64,000 bases of DNA from Ptychomitrium polyphyllum (taxonomy: Eukaryota): NCBI GenBank assembly GCA_973851085.1, contig OZ316775.1:5952001-6016000 (forward strand), given 5' to 3'. Position 1 is the stretch's first letter, and each line of letters begins with the position of its first letter. The notes beneath the pieces were generated by a model. That model searched no databases and was not told the origin of the DNA. It saw only the letters and a program-made list of their open reading frames with translations. The translations under genes were made by a program, and so were the position numbers. This document shows positions 16,861-30,786 of the stretch, in pieces.

Positions 16861-19800
16861 ATGGCGGCTGCATTGGATGGGAGCCGTGTGGTGGCGATGG
16901 GGAGCTCTGCGACTGCAATGGCCTCGGTGGGGACGCCAGGGTGGAAGTTGGGCGGAGCGCGTGGGCTGAGGAGCGGCCGTGGTGGGATATGTGTGGGTGC
17001 TGGGAGGGATGTGACGGGGTTGATGAGCAAGGGGCGCATGTTACGGCTTCAGAAACGGAGGGCGGGAAGGATTGTTGCGAAAGTGGCGAGTGGGACGCGG
17101 GGGGAGAGCTCGGGGAGTGTGGATGTGTTTCCGAGTCCACAGCAGATAGTGTTGGACCGGTTGATGCCATCGCCGACTTCGGGAGCTATGGAGGAGCTCG
17201 AGCTTGAGCGCGGTGTGTGCAATCCGTTCCGGAAGTATACCCCAGATAGGGTGAGTGGTTTGCTGCTCTGCCTGTCTTTTACTTTTCTTTTTTCTATTTA
17301 TTTTCCTTCTTCTCTCTTTTTCACTTTACAAGTATGAAGCCCAATGCTAGATACTACACATGATTGAAATTCTGTCACCTCTGCCGAGTCTGGACATGAA
17401 TTTTAGTAGACCCTCGAGCGGAGCGGTAGGTTTTTGGTTAACCGGTTCACAGCTCCTAGGGTTTTCCAGTTGGTGCTAAATCGACTCTTCCTAAATCACT
17501 CCGAGAATTTTCTCTCCTAGCTGTTTTCGACTTTATAAATTATGGGGATCCGCACCCACTCAAACTTATTTGATATCCTTTCTGTGTCGGATTACTTGCT
17601 GAAAAATGAAAAGAACAGCAGATGGTTGTGAACAGCCATTTGTCTACCATGTTTACTTATTCCACCGAATGGAGTCAATACAGTGTGTTTAGGGGCATGA
17701 TTTAAGTTACTGTGTCGATCAGAATCGTAAGATCTTAGAATGTGGAGGGGTAATCAGGATCATGAAAGCTTGCGAGGCAGAGGATAAAATTGAGTGTAGC
17801 ATACCAACACCAGGCGTGGGAATGATGAATTATGGACTGAGTCTTACTGAAGAGTGGACAATATCTGCTTGAGCTAGGAGTTGAGATCAGAAAGCGGTTC
17901 TAGTGAGTAGGTCACGACGTCGTAATCAACTGAGTTCTCATTTTAAATATAAGAATTATCGTAATGCCAAGTGATCCATTTATTATTGTTCATCACCCCG
18001 GAATGTTGGTGTGAATGGCGTATTTCGAAATTTTTATTCTTTTTTTTTGAATGATCGCGCAGAAATTGAACTTTGTTCGATTGCAAGGAGAGGCACAGCT
18101 GCTGCTGTAACAGATGGCTTTCTGACATTCCTGCTCGACTTTGAACTGATGTGTATTTGTATTTCTTGATCAGGTTCGACAAAAAGTGTTAGAGTCACCC
18201 GGAGCTTTGTTCTCAGTAGTCAGTCGAGGACTTGAGATTATTACGAGCCTAGGGTTTTATTGGGCCAATCTGTCTTATGATTGTCTTGTTGGACGCGGCG
18301 AGGAGATGGTTCCACTGCGTGCTGCCCAGCTTCGAAATCTTTTATGTGATCTGGGTCCCTCATTTGTCAAAGCTGGTCAGGTAAGATCATCGTTCCAAGG
18401 ATCATGCCTTTGTCTGCATTTCAAGGCCAAGGTTGGTTAATTGAAGCTTTCTTCACGGCTAGAATGAGTATGTTGCCTCACGTAATCTTTCTTAGTGGAA
18501 TTCATTGCCTTAAACCAGTTTGGGGGTCTTGAGGGTTTTATCTTACCACAATAGGTCTTGAGGTTACACTATTGAAATCCATTCGTATCGGTCTAATTGT
18601 CGCTTGATGAAGTGTACTTTTTAGGTGATAGATTACATAATGAGTATTCTGTGCTTATATGCAGGTATTGGCCAATAGACCAGATATTGTTCGCGAGGAC
18701 TACATGAATGAACTATGCGCTTTGCAAGACGATGTGCCCTCTTTTCCTAATGAGGTAAAGCATTCGGCATTTTGTTGCAAAATTCTGTGCGGGATTTAAT
18801 AGTGTTGCTGTAGAGTCATATATAAAATTAAGCAGGCGCTATTCAGTACCTCTTTGCAGCTGGCTCTCTCTTCGGTGTAGATGTTTATGAAGCACTGGAA
18901 TGGTACTTGACAGATCGCATTCAAGATTATTGAAGAGGAAATGGGAGTGTCACTCGAGCAGGTTTTTAGCAAAATTTCAGCTTCACCAGTTGCTGCTGCT
19001 AGTCTTGGTCAAGTCTATCGTGGGACTCTTCGTAGTACTGGCGAAGAGGTGGCAATTAAAGTAAGTGGTTATATTGTATCGAGCAGCTCCATTGAAAAAT
19101 ATTATGTATTCTATTTTTGACTTTTCTGTTTTTATCTCATTCTTCGAGAGATTGGGAAGGCTGGCTCATAAGGGGACTTCGATGGTTAACAGGTGCAGAG
19201 ACCGAATATTGAACCAATTATCTACAGAGATCTATTTTTGTTCCGGAATCTTGCATCTCTTTTGAATGGCTTCAGTGTCCAGAAATTGGGATGCAATGCA
19301 GAGCTTATTGTTGATGAATTTGGCGAAAAACTTCTCGAAGAGCTTGACTACACTCTTGTAAGCCTTTCTACAACTCTAAGTGGCCTTGATGAAACAATCG
19401 TTCAAATTGTGTCATTTCTTATACAATTTTTTGTATTAATAGTGCTGCACTTTGTGTTTTGCAGGAAGCCCGGAATATTGAAGACTTTTATAATAATTTT
19501 AAGGTTGATAAGACTGTAAAAATCCCACTCGTATACAAGCAGTTGAGTGGCCCGCAGGTTCTTGTAATGGAGTGGATTGATGGCATCCGATGCACTGATC
19601 CGCAGGTAGTGAAGATCTTGGGGTTTAGTATACTGCACTAAGGCTCGATGGATTTATTAGGGCAGTAATACTTTTTGCTGTGTTCGTTCTTGGGCCTAAA
19701 GTACGTCATCATTATTTTTGTGTGGTAGTGTGGATTTGTAAAGCGTAGTCACTTGAAAGTGCTTGGCTTATATTCCTACCCTATTGATATTTTTTTGATT

Positions 19801-21987
19801 ATTACTAGTGTGTATCCTTGCAATCGTAGCTACCGCTTGATCTTTGGTCAGGATTTGATAGTATGTCAATTTTGTTGATTGCAGGGTATTAAGAATGCAG
19901 GCATTGACGTGGAGGCTTTCATAACTGTAGGAGTAAGCGCTGCTTTACGGCAATTGTTAGAATTTGGTCTTTTTCATGGTGATCCACACCCTGGCAACAT
20001 CTTTGCTATGCAAGATGGTCGAATTGCATATGTCGACTTCGGGAATGTTGCCGAACTTAGTCAGGTAAATTTTGAAACAGTGCTACATGTCTGTTTGTTT
20101 GTTCTGAGCTCTACTTCGCATTAGACATAAATGATGTGAAAGCTAGGCGTACTCTGAGTCTGATGATCTGATCGTCGTCCTGGTGGTGTGATTGGCAGAG
20201 AAACAAGCAAATTTTGATAGATGCCGTTGTGCACGCTGTAAACGAAGATTATTTCGAGATGGCAGGAGATTTTACAAGGCTGGGTTTTCTTGCTCCGGGT
20301 ACTGACGTAACACCCATTGTACCAGCTTTAGAGTCTATCTGGCAAAACTCAACCGGCAAGGGTTTGGCAGACTTCAACTTTCGTTCTGTTACTGGTAAGT
20401 GCTTGTTTACTGTTACGCTCTTTGCATCAACTCACTATAGATTTTTCAATTCACTTGGTGAATTCTGAGAATAGTCGTTAGATCTTATCTTTTTAACATC
20501 AGGACTCAAGTTTAGCTCTCTTTAAAGTATTAGCCCTTTGTAATAATTTTCCTACGTGTCATCTCTTGTCTTTGTAGGGAAATTTAACCAGCTTGTGTAT
20601 CAATATCCGATTCGAATTCCGGAGAGGTTTTCTTTAGTGATTCGATCATTGCTGACACAGGAAGGCATCTGTTTGTCGCTTTTACCTGACTTCAAGTTTC
20701 TTGAGGTGCACATTTCATTTGCACAACCTGATTTGATTTCATTCGTACAACCTGATCTCTGGAGGTGCACATTTCAACAGCAATTTACGTTTATAAATTG
20801 CTGTTGAGTTGTTAATTTAGTCCTGGAAACCCTGATCTAAGATGACAATAGGTCCTTACAATATATGCGTTATTGTTGCTGTGCTTCCAGGTGGCGTATC
20901 CGTATGTAGCCAAGCGATTGTTGACTGACCCAGATCCAGCTCTGCGAGAACGACTTCTACAGGTGTTGTTCAAGGACGGTCTGTTCCAGTGGAAAAGATT
21001 GGAGAACCTTATTGTTCTAGCGAGGGAGCAAGTGACTTTGATGAATCGCAATCTTCCAATCAATAGCCCCCTACCTGCATCTAGAAATGGCAACAGGTGC
21101 CTGCCATATCAATCTCTTGCTTGGGCACAAACCTTGTTCTGTATAGACACAAGTGCTTTTCAAAAGTCTTTTTTGAAACATTCTAATGGTTGTAGCCTGT
21201 TTAGGCTTTCTAAAATGAGCTGGATAATTGAGAAGACCTCTTGTAATATTGATGACTCATACTATTGTTTGCACGTTCTCAATCAGTAACGGAAGATCTA
21301 AAAGATCAGCTGGTGGGAAATTGGACCTGACGGACACAATCAAAGACGGCGCTCGAGTCGTTGTCACAGACGCAGAGCTGCGGCGTCAACTTCTGATGGC
21401 TTTTACTGAAGACTCTCGATTACATGTTCGCGAGGTACGTTGACATGGCCGTTGTAAAATACTTTTGGTCAGTTTGACTTATGGAGTTGAATGATATGGA
21501 TGGCAGGATGGGTTGTTTTTGTTTTCATTGCTACAAGAGTTAATCTGTTTAAAAGCATTTGAAATGCCTGTTATATTCTAAGTTACAGTCTAAAAGTAGT
21601 GAATATAATTGAAGCACATACATGGGAGCTTCCGTGCTTTTGTACATCTTCTTTGCTGACAGTGTTCCATCATATTGGGGTAATGACAGCTATTTGATAT
21701 ATACCGGCTGGTAGAAGGAGAATTCAATCCCAGTACGGTATTGACGGACTTGGTTCAAGGTGTGTCTTAGTTTTCATATTCGGTTGTTAAGAAAAACATG
21801 AATTTTCTTAAAAGACTCTGGTATTCCTGTTTGTTCTTCTGGATGATATACATTTGTCATCTTTTAATACAACTTAAATTACGAGATTTATCCGACTCTT
21901 CTCTTGTCATGTGCAGGTCTACCGAATGCCACTCGTGAGTTGATGTTATCTTGGAGTGACGCAGTACTTTCTGATCGCCGACGATAG
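16861..21987 (+). CDS. ABC1K1: Plastid/plastoglobule ABC1 atypical kinase, ABC1K1 (PGR6) orthologue, ~13 exons
   Basis: Transit-peptide-like N-terminus, then ELERGVCNPFRKY, LGPSFVKAGQVLANRPD, AAASLGQVYRG, VAIKVQRP, LLEELDYTLEARN, FHGDPHPGN, YVDFG, VAYPYVAKRLLTD. Last exon ends LSWSDAVLSDRRR* at 21987. Confidence 0.93.
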
Positions 21988-23037
21988 GAGCTTCTTCCAA
22001 CGAGATTCCTAGCGAACATGTACTATGAGTGTATTGGTAATCACGCAACTTTGGGCGTACAATTCATGAAAGAGAGAGGTCGAGTTGTCATTGACACTCA
22101 TAACCCATTCGGCAGGATAGTGGGGTGTGAGGAAGCATTGCCTCATCTGTATTTAATAGGGGTGAAATTCATTAGTGTGGAAAGCAGCTTAATAGCTTTT
22201 AAGGAATACAGGACCCCAACGAAAGTTTTTCTATCTGGAATCAGGGGACTTGCATTGTAATGGCAAGTATAGGTATTTTACGAAATACAGTTCAATATAT
22301 GGATCATGCAGATGAGCAAAACAATTAATCTGCATAGGATCTACTTGAGACAGTTTTCTTAGCTTGTACTGGCGCAGTTTTGCGGTATGGTATACAGGTT
22401 TGTTTATATTGTATTGTCAAAAAATTACATCAAGGCGAATCAGACGATTTTTGAAACGCTACTTTATCACATGCTGTGTTGTGGAATTTTATGGCTGTCC
22501 TTTTGTGGTGCTGTGAGTTGTCGATTCTCCACTAGTGTACACATAGGTGCCGTTAACATGTTAACATGGACCTAGACAGCACTTGTCGAACTTACAATGG
22601 ATGGATCTTGGTGGAATGAAGAATTTTTTACAAAATATGTGCAAGTGTTTTAACCCCAAAAGGTCCATTTATGCAAGATTTGCATGACTTCTTGTTCCTT
22701 TGAACACTTTCATCAATCTTATTGGACTAAAAACTCACAAACCATATTACAAATTCAGTTATAATTTGTAACCTTACTCTAAAACTTCAACAAATCTTGA
22801 ACTAATAATTTACAAGTAGAACTAAACCTGAACAGAAGTCCTACAACATGGACTGTTCTATCACAAAACCACTAAGTTAAAGATGACTTGGTGCATAGCA
22901 GAAACTCAAGGAAGTACAGCCTATAGGTGAGCATTACTTAGTGCAAATACATAGCAGTCCTATTTCAATCATTACGATTCCTCATTGGTGCCCTGTATTG
23001 AGAACAAAAACTACTGCCATTTTGAACGAAAACTACT

Positions 23038-23650
23038 CTGCGTTGGGGGAAAAAAAACAGGTCCCGTTTACACTGTTTCACTGACGACTGCTGGTTGGGA
23101 ATAGTCATAGCAAGGAAGAACAGGTCGAATTACCTTCGGTCGTTTGCATTTTTCTTCTCTATTGCTTGTGAGACTTTGACAAGCGGTTTGGGGTTGTGTT
23201 GGGAGAATCACGATGGGCTACAGGGGGCTCAAGCTGGGGACCGAAAGTTCCAGTGTAAACGACAGAAGTGTGCAGGGAAGGACCAGGGTTGAGTCGTTGC
23301 AAAGGGAGCGGGCAGGGGGCACGTTGAGAAAGACGAAAGCATGGGAGGAGGAGCATCTCCGTACGCTCCGCGGTGTTCGGGATCTGCTTGCGAGAGGGCC
23401 TCCCGCAGTAGTGGCAGCGTGTGAAGAACGGGACGATGAGGACATCGAGGAGAAGTGGCGCGAACGGGAGGGCAGGCTGAGGCAGAGAGAAACGCTGCGA
23501 AAATTCTCCAACTGGATCTGCGAGAGAGCTTCAAAGACACCGGGCGGGAAGGCGAACTGCAACGATTTCGGATCCTTCGCTGCCTCGTCGTCCCCAGGAA
23601 GCGGATCCGCCATGTGCCAAAAGATTTACGAAAGGGAAAGAGAGCGGTGC
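23038..23650 (-). other. GC-rich island, probably a spliced minus-strand transcript (lncRNA or orphan small ORF 23613-23218)
   Basis: CT-rich leader before ATG 23613. Donor AG|GTAATT at 23133 and acceptor TTTTTTTTCCCCCAACGCAG at 23038 define a 96-nt intron. No recognisable domain in any frame. Confidence 0.35.
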
Positions 23651-26600
23651 AAGGTTACTAACGGGACGCTGGTCCACCACACCCCCCTGCCACCACAACG
23701 ACACGACAAACGTGGACCTCCTACAGCATGCAGAGACCGACGAATACTTTAGGTTTTCCACCAGATTATGACCTTAAGCACCAATTTTTCTCATGATCTG
23801 TGCGTCGTTGACAGACAGTGCAGGGTAATGGAGTTGAACATCATCATGAACACATTGGCGCAATGGCAAGATTGATAATCCTTGGTCATGCTTCTATCGA
23901 CGAAACACTTGGAACTTCCCTTAGGAAAGTGCCCAGCAAAACTTTTCCTCATAAACAAGTAACCATTCATACTGATTTGCTATCAGGTTTCTGAACTCTA
24001 CTATTATCAATATACCGATTTTTCCTTATTCTTATGCTGTTTGCACGGATGATATGAATCATACTCAAAATATAACTTTTTTGTTTGGCTGAATGCTTGA
24101 TGAAAGTTTAGTTGTTGATTCATTTCTGTACCCAATGTGTATTGATAAGGATGTCTCTATGTGTTCGGTGTTGTTTCTATGTGATTTCGGAAAGAATACT
24201 GATATAATAACAACTTGATATTTACTTGATGCCAAATTAAACCTTTTATCTGCCTTGCTTTGTGTACAAATCCAAGAAGTCTCTATGTGAAATTTGTGTT
24301 TTTAATTTGATTTGTTGTGATTTTAGTATTTTCATTATTTTTAATTTGTGATTTTCTATAGCAATTTTATAACAATCACTAATAAGTTTTTTACAACTAA
24401 ATAATTCCGGTTCTTTATGAACCGCCTTTAACTTCTTTTCCTTGCTAAAGTTCCTTTCATAGCCTGATTGCTTTACATCTAGAAAATAATATTAAACAAA
24501 AACTTTTAAAAAATAATCATTGTACGTTTTTCAAAATTTGAATCATTGGCATGAAAGAATATACTAATGATTGCATTGATATTTTTATAGGAATTTGGTT
24601 TATCAATAGGAATGGTTAGACTTCTAGATATTAAATTTATATCAAAGGACCTAGTTATTGATAATAATCAAATACTTTTGAAATTGCAACTCCAATAATT
24701 GATATTCTAAGGTGATTCCTCTGCTTTTATAAATTGACAAAATATGTTAAAAACAACATTATACCAATAAATCAAGAAAAAACTTGAATAGTAAAATACG
24801 AATTTTGATTATTTAATAATTACTATTATTGAATAATAAAATATTGTATGAGAATTTTTAGAATTAATTAATGTAGAAGATTGTAAGAATGTATGAGAAT
24901 TATTCTTTTATGAATTCACCTTATGTTTTATTTTGCTCCTAAAATAGATTCAATTAGAAATTTAATGAAGTATAAATCACTTCTTTAAGCTCAATGCACC
25001 CATGTAAAATTAAGCTTTTAGTTAAATCAAGCATTGAAGTATCAAAACAAAATCTATAAAAGTAATCAGATGAAATAATTCACCTTGTGTTTTACCTTTG
25101 TGTTTTTGCATAATTTTTTGGAAATGAATGCATTTGACATCTTTATGACGTTAATTTTATTATTTTGAATTAATTCAACTCTTATAAATTCAAATTGCAA
25201 TTAAATCAACATTCAAAGTTGTACAATACAAAGTACAATGCTCAAGAAATTAAAAATGAGAAGAAATACAAATTTATACTATTTGAGCTTATAAATAAAT
25301 TTATGTTTATTTTTTTCTTTTAACCACTAATCTTATTTACATGCATAATATGATTTTAAAATCAATACTTATATATTTGATTCATTTCATTTGAATGTCT
25401 TCTTTACATAAAAAATGAAATGAAATTCTATAATATGAAGGTTTTAATACAAGTAGAGTTTAAACTGGTAATTCAAAACATCTATAGATATATAAAAATA
25501 CAAATAAAATAAGTAAACATAGACTAATTCATGATATTGTTTAAAGTCAAATATATAATCATGGATTTGGAAGTCTTTGAAGAAGATATTATGAAACTGA
25601 TGAATGTTAACAATTTTTCATGTGATGTTTGGCTTAAATAATTTGAAATGATAAGATATATTGTTCTTTATAGTTATAAGCTGGTTCAAAGAGAGATGAG
25701 TCAAATGAAGGTGGATTGCTTTTTGTGGATGCAAAGAAAAAGGAAATACCATAATTTTGAATGTTATAAGATCACTATATTTAAATTGTAGATTAATTGG
25801 ATTTGAAACAAGTTCCATCCTATAGTGATTGCCAACGTTAAAAATCCTTGAATGCAAAGATCATGCAAGGATATGAGATGTTGAGCAGTTAGTACAGTTC
25901 AAATTTGTCTTAAAAGGTAGTATGATAAGAGCGGTGAGCAAGAATGAACATAACATAGCTTGTCACAGAACAGGTCCTAGTTCAAAAGAGTCAACCTCTG
26001 AAATAGATATTGACTTTGTTTCATTTAGTCAAGCATCCAAAATGCTTCTGTTATTAAATTAAGAAGCGAAGGTCTCAAGTCTCCATCCGCATGTTCAATG
26101 AATCCTTACCAAAATGACAACAAAAAGCACTTCCTCAAATATGTCCATAAACAAGGTCTTCTCTACTCCAACACATCCAAACAGCTGAAGCCATGGTGAT
26201 GGCTTTCTCATCTGCAGCATGAAGTGTCTATACAGCAAAGCTTCTAGGCTGCAACTCCAGTCCTCCCCACCTTGTGAACTTGTCACAGGACAACCAATGA
26301 GAAAGCAATCAAGAGTTACAAATTTTGTCCGGATTCATTTCACTATCTAATGGCCACTTTGCCAATTGTAAGACAACAGCTTGGGGATGCACAGATTGGA
26401 AAACGACGTGGATGGAACTTCAAGAATTACACAAAAATCTGGTGAGAGATGCAGGTGATAACATTACATGAGCTAAATCAAAAGGCTTCAAAAAGTTCAT
26501 GGCATTTGTCACAGGCTATGAGCTTTCACCAGCCAATATGGCGTTCAGATTCTACCAACAGACCCTATCCTGTGAAACCCAGAAGCTCAAAGACAACACC

Positions 26601-27319
26601 CTCCCCGGGTGATATGTTTCCTTTCTTTTTATCCAAATAACTCCATTGCACAACGTTAAGTAGCCCACTAGTCCCTCAACCTTTTTTAAGCAACCCTACT
26701 TAACTACCTGATGATCAGAATCTGCCCTTGAAAAGTTAGGTATATTACAGTTTACAAGGATATTGTAGTGAAGTTTGCACATTTTACTAAATTAAGTACC
26801 ATAATATTATACTTAATGTTATAACTTAAATTCAATGATACTAGCATTGATGTAGATCAAGGTTGATCTATCATATTTGAATTTTTATCACTTGCAAAAA
26901 ATTATTCCAATCAAATTTATTATGTGTACAGTTTAAAAACTATATATTACACCTTGCATATAATGTTAATTTTAATAATTAAGCTTTGTATCCTTGTAAA
27001 GTTAGGTATATTACATCAATTACTTATTTCAGTAACATATTTTTGAAAATTCATTAATTTGTTGATGTTTTTATGAATTAAACAATGAATGTTTAATTCC
27101 GAAATGATTAAAAATAATTTCAGTATAAAAAATTCATTGTTTTTTATGTTTGGGAAGAAAATACAAGACAAGGGTTTAAGGCAAAGAAATGGAATAATTG
27201 GGCTTTATATTAAGAACCAAGAATTGCAACAAGATACAAGGTTAGAAAATTTGAATTGTATTATAAGAGATGTGTTATTGAAACTAAATTTTTTTCAATT
27301 TTAACTCGTATATATCATA

Positions 27320-27960
27320 TGTTAGAATATAAGAAATAAGAAGCAGAGACAAAGTGTTTTCCAAGAATCTAATGATTAACAAGAATTAATACAAAGACTA
27401 AAGCAAGGTAGGATACAATATAATCCACAACTCGTGTTGACAAGACTAAGATATATCTTGTCTTGCCTGCTATTTATACTATGATACTTGTATTTCCTAG
27501 GATACTTCTAAAGAAGCTTCCTACAAGGCTTAAAAATGTTATAGAATTCTATGGAATCTTCCTAAGAAGCTTCCAAAGAGTTGGAACCTTCATAGGAAGT
27601 TTCTTAAGGAGGTAGAAACGGCTATAGAGATATTAAAAGTATTCTAAGAAACTATTATAACATACCAGAAGGTTCTAAAAGGTTTTAAAGAATATGTTGC
27701 ATAATCTATGTCCGTAACACTATAGATCTAAAATTCCTTGGAAGATCTAAAATTCCTTAGAAGCTTCTCAATAGGCTTCCAAATACAACACTTTGCATTG
27801 AAGCATTATCATGTTGCTTCTTTGAAAACTTTCTTAATTCGTTAGAATATTCTAAAATTGAGGTAGTTTCTTCAACAACATCTTAAAGATGCCTAGACCT
27901 TCTAAGAATGTTTTTGGATCTTTAAAGAACTACTTTAGACCTCATTGGACCTACTAAGTC
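27320..27960. mobile_element. Degraded LTR retrotransposon LTR fragment(s)
   Basis: Repeated AGAAGCTTC/TTCTAGAA-type motifs and LTR-like end TGTCCGTAACA (27709-27719). That end is near-complementary to TGTTATGGACA, which opens the similar element at 63592. Confidence 0.6.
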
Positions 27961-28242
27961 TTCTTATAAATTTATAATATATATCTGTGACATTTGAAGT
28001 GTTATATGTGTAAATGGAAATGAGACATGAAAAGTTCAACCATATAATCTTGTAATAGAAATAATAGAAATAATTTGAATCAAATTTGCATACATAAGGC
28101 CTCATAAATTGAAAGATTATAATTTTTTTATTATTAAAAAATGATTAATTTCTTTGGCTAGTAGTACATTGGATTTGAAATTCTATTATTAAATTTATTC
28201 AAATATATAAATTTTAATTTAAAATGTGTTTAATATCTTACT

Positions 28243-29387
28243 TGTCGCGCACTTCTCCTTGAGGAGTGCCCGCAACACTAAAGGCACAAAGAGGACCCCG
28301 GAGTGACGTCTGGGACTTGTGGCGCCGATAGTGAGGGAAACCGAGTGGGCCTAGCGTGGGAAGGACCCCTAGGGGGAGAAACATCCTTGCCCATGTAGAC
28401 CGAGGGCCACGAGGGATAGATTGTGGGCATTGGAGGAATCACGAAGAGCTAATTCTAGAATGCTAAAAATTGTCCAAATCGGACAAGGGAACTAAAAGTT
28501 ATGGCATTCCAAAGTTGGGGTTGCCAAGGGGCTGTTCTGGAGTGTGGCAGCCCTACACAGTGATTGTAGTGGAGTGGGACAGTTCAGGGAGGGACTCCCC
28601 AGGAGTCCCAAACCTTGGGAGAGGCGTATCTCCTACAATACTAACTCAAATATGACGTTTGAGGAGTTTATCGGCATCTACGCAAAGAGTAGATGACGAT
28701 AGAGTGGTCGCTCAATACATTCGGGCACCGGATGAGGAAGATATGGCTCCCTGAAGGTCCGCTAGGAGTCTCGGAGGCTTCCAGCGGCTAAGTTCCAAGG
28801 GAGATCGGGTGGTCTTCCAAAACTCTAGGTGTGTCGGGGTTCAGCCAGCTACAGAGGACCAGGGGGCCTGCCAAATCCCACAGAGAGTACTATAAGGGAG
28901 GGCTGGTCCCCCTCCCCACTCCCCTAGTGTCCCGGTAGAGACCAAGGGTGAGTCCTGGTTGGTGGAGCTAGCGTTGGGGCTTCACCATGGGGACTCCCAC
29001 ACCATTGTGAGCCGGTAGATGGCCGGTTTCACGGAGGGAACTAGCACGTTCAAAAGAGTACGCTTGTTACCACTAAGTTGGGGTGGTGTCTTCACGCCGG
29101 CACCATGATGGCCTAGGGTGATTTTAGGATCGCATGGGGATTATGAGTGGTGGTGAGGAGACACCACTAAGTGCGGTTAAGCCGTGTGGATTGGGAGTAA
29201 CACCAAGTGAGGCCTTGGACATAAATGGAAGTCCGCACTTAACCATTGGCTATTAATAAATTGGGTGTCCTAAGAGAAATGGTAGAAAGACTTGGATAGT
29301 GAGAATCGAGGTTAACCATGTGCATGTGGGAGTGTACAGAATTGACGCGCGTGACGCTTGCTAAGGTGCATTACAAGGGTTGCGACA
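28243..29387. mobile_element. Solo LTR (1145 bp) with intact target-site duplication
   Basis: Starts TGTCGC and ends GCGACA (6-bp terminal inverted repeat, TG...CA). Flanked by TTACT at both 28238-28242 and 29388-29392. Sharp GC-rich block in AT-rich DNA with no gag/pol ORF. Confidence 0.9.
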
Positions 29388-29429
29388 TTACTAGTATTAA
29401 AAAGTATTATTAATAAATTTATCAATTAG

Positions 29430-29466
29430 GCTAAAATTACTAAAATTACTAAAATTACTAAAATTA
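29430..29466. repeat. 9-bp minisatellite (CTAAAATTA)x4
   Basis: CTAAAATTACTAAAATTACTAAAATTACTAAAATTA read directly. Confidence 0.85.
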
Positions 29467-30786
29467 GGCTACAATGGCAAGAAATGGTCCAAATTTTACA
29501 AAGCTTAAGGTATCCAAAATCTAACCAAGTTGTAGTAAATTACTTTCCAAATCTTTACAAATTGATGTAAAATGTTTATTGCAAAATTTAAATTTAATTT
29601 GAAATTGAATCCAAAAATGATATATTTTTTTAATGGAATTAACGCTTAATTATTCAAAGATACAAGATTTTGTAAATTAGCACCATAAGGACAAAAGGTG
29701 TCAAACTTGTTGTAATTACTGTTAATAGCCATCGATTTTCATAAACATCATTCAAATGACAATAAAAGAAAATGCAAAAAAGATTGTTAAATTTTATTTT
29801 TTGCTTAAAATGAGAGCATAAAATGAGAATATCTCTTACAAATACTGTAATTTGTAGCATCATTACAATATAAAATGAAAAGCCATTTCCATTTCAGAAT
29901 CTCAAAATAAAACGTACAATTATGTAATTTTTAAAGCTAAATACAAAATCTGCAGTTTTTCTTAAGTTTCATTCTATTGACATATTTCGTTTCGGTATTT
30001 CTCATGATCAAAGTAACTCCTCTAACATTCTTCTATTCACAACAATTTTTTAGCAATGTAAGCATGTACCAAAATATACATATGAAAGTCGATAATACTC
30101 ACTGTTGAGAGATGACACCACATGGCTGTAAACTCCTTAAAGTAGTAAAAACTTTCCGGCCCAGATGTTGATTCTGTGTGAGTGAGAGAAGTAGCACATG
30201 GGGGCCAAAAGAATGTTGTGATTCTTCCACTTCTTTAGCGGCAAAAACATTAACTCTGAGAACGATTGAACATCAAACTTCAGTTAAAGGCAACACTTCA
30301 AGTGCACGGCTTGACAAAGTGTGTACAGGTAAGAGACAATCATGTTGCTAAATAAAAATACATAAGGTCGAGTGCAAAAGAAATGAAATGAAATGAAAGG
30401 AAGCTCCTGTCGAAGTCCAATCCTGCAGAGACACCGTTGCTGTGGAGGCATACAGCATGCAGAATGAGCATTGAAATGCTTCTTTCTCAACAGGGAAGCC
30501 GAGTTCTGCCCCTGCAAAGGAGTTGTTGCAGATTAGCATCATGTTGACAAAATGACAGCCACGCCGAAGAAACGCTCACACTTGCTTGCCAAGGTTTTTG
30601 AGGAAGAACTGCGCACACCACTAGGATTGTGAGGAGGCCTGTGTTGCAACCAACAGAACCATGCATGCACCAACAGTTCGTTGCAACCTCAAGTCGTTGC
30701 TGAAAGTTGATGATATTGATGCGCCTGCAAGGCGTTCTGGTTCAGATTTCTGAAGCCTTTTGGGAAAGGTAGGACAGCTTAGCGCT

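Noticed and set aside
16217..17207. Alternative-frame and antisense ORFs around ABC1K1 exon 1
   Set aside because: Shadow ORFs of a GC-rich first exon/promoter with no domain signal.
25860..26750. Moderately GC-rich block with short ORFs
   Set aside because: CpG-poor with no identifiable protein or element termini.
27315..27724. Complete solo LTR with TSD at 27320-27719
   Set aside because: Flanks TCATA vs CTATA do not match, and the 5' terminus seen in the 63592 copy is missing. Kept only as a fragment.
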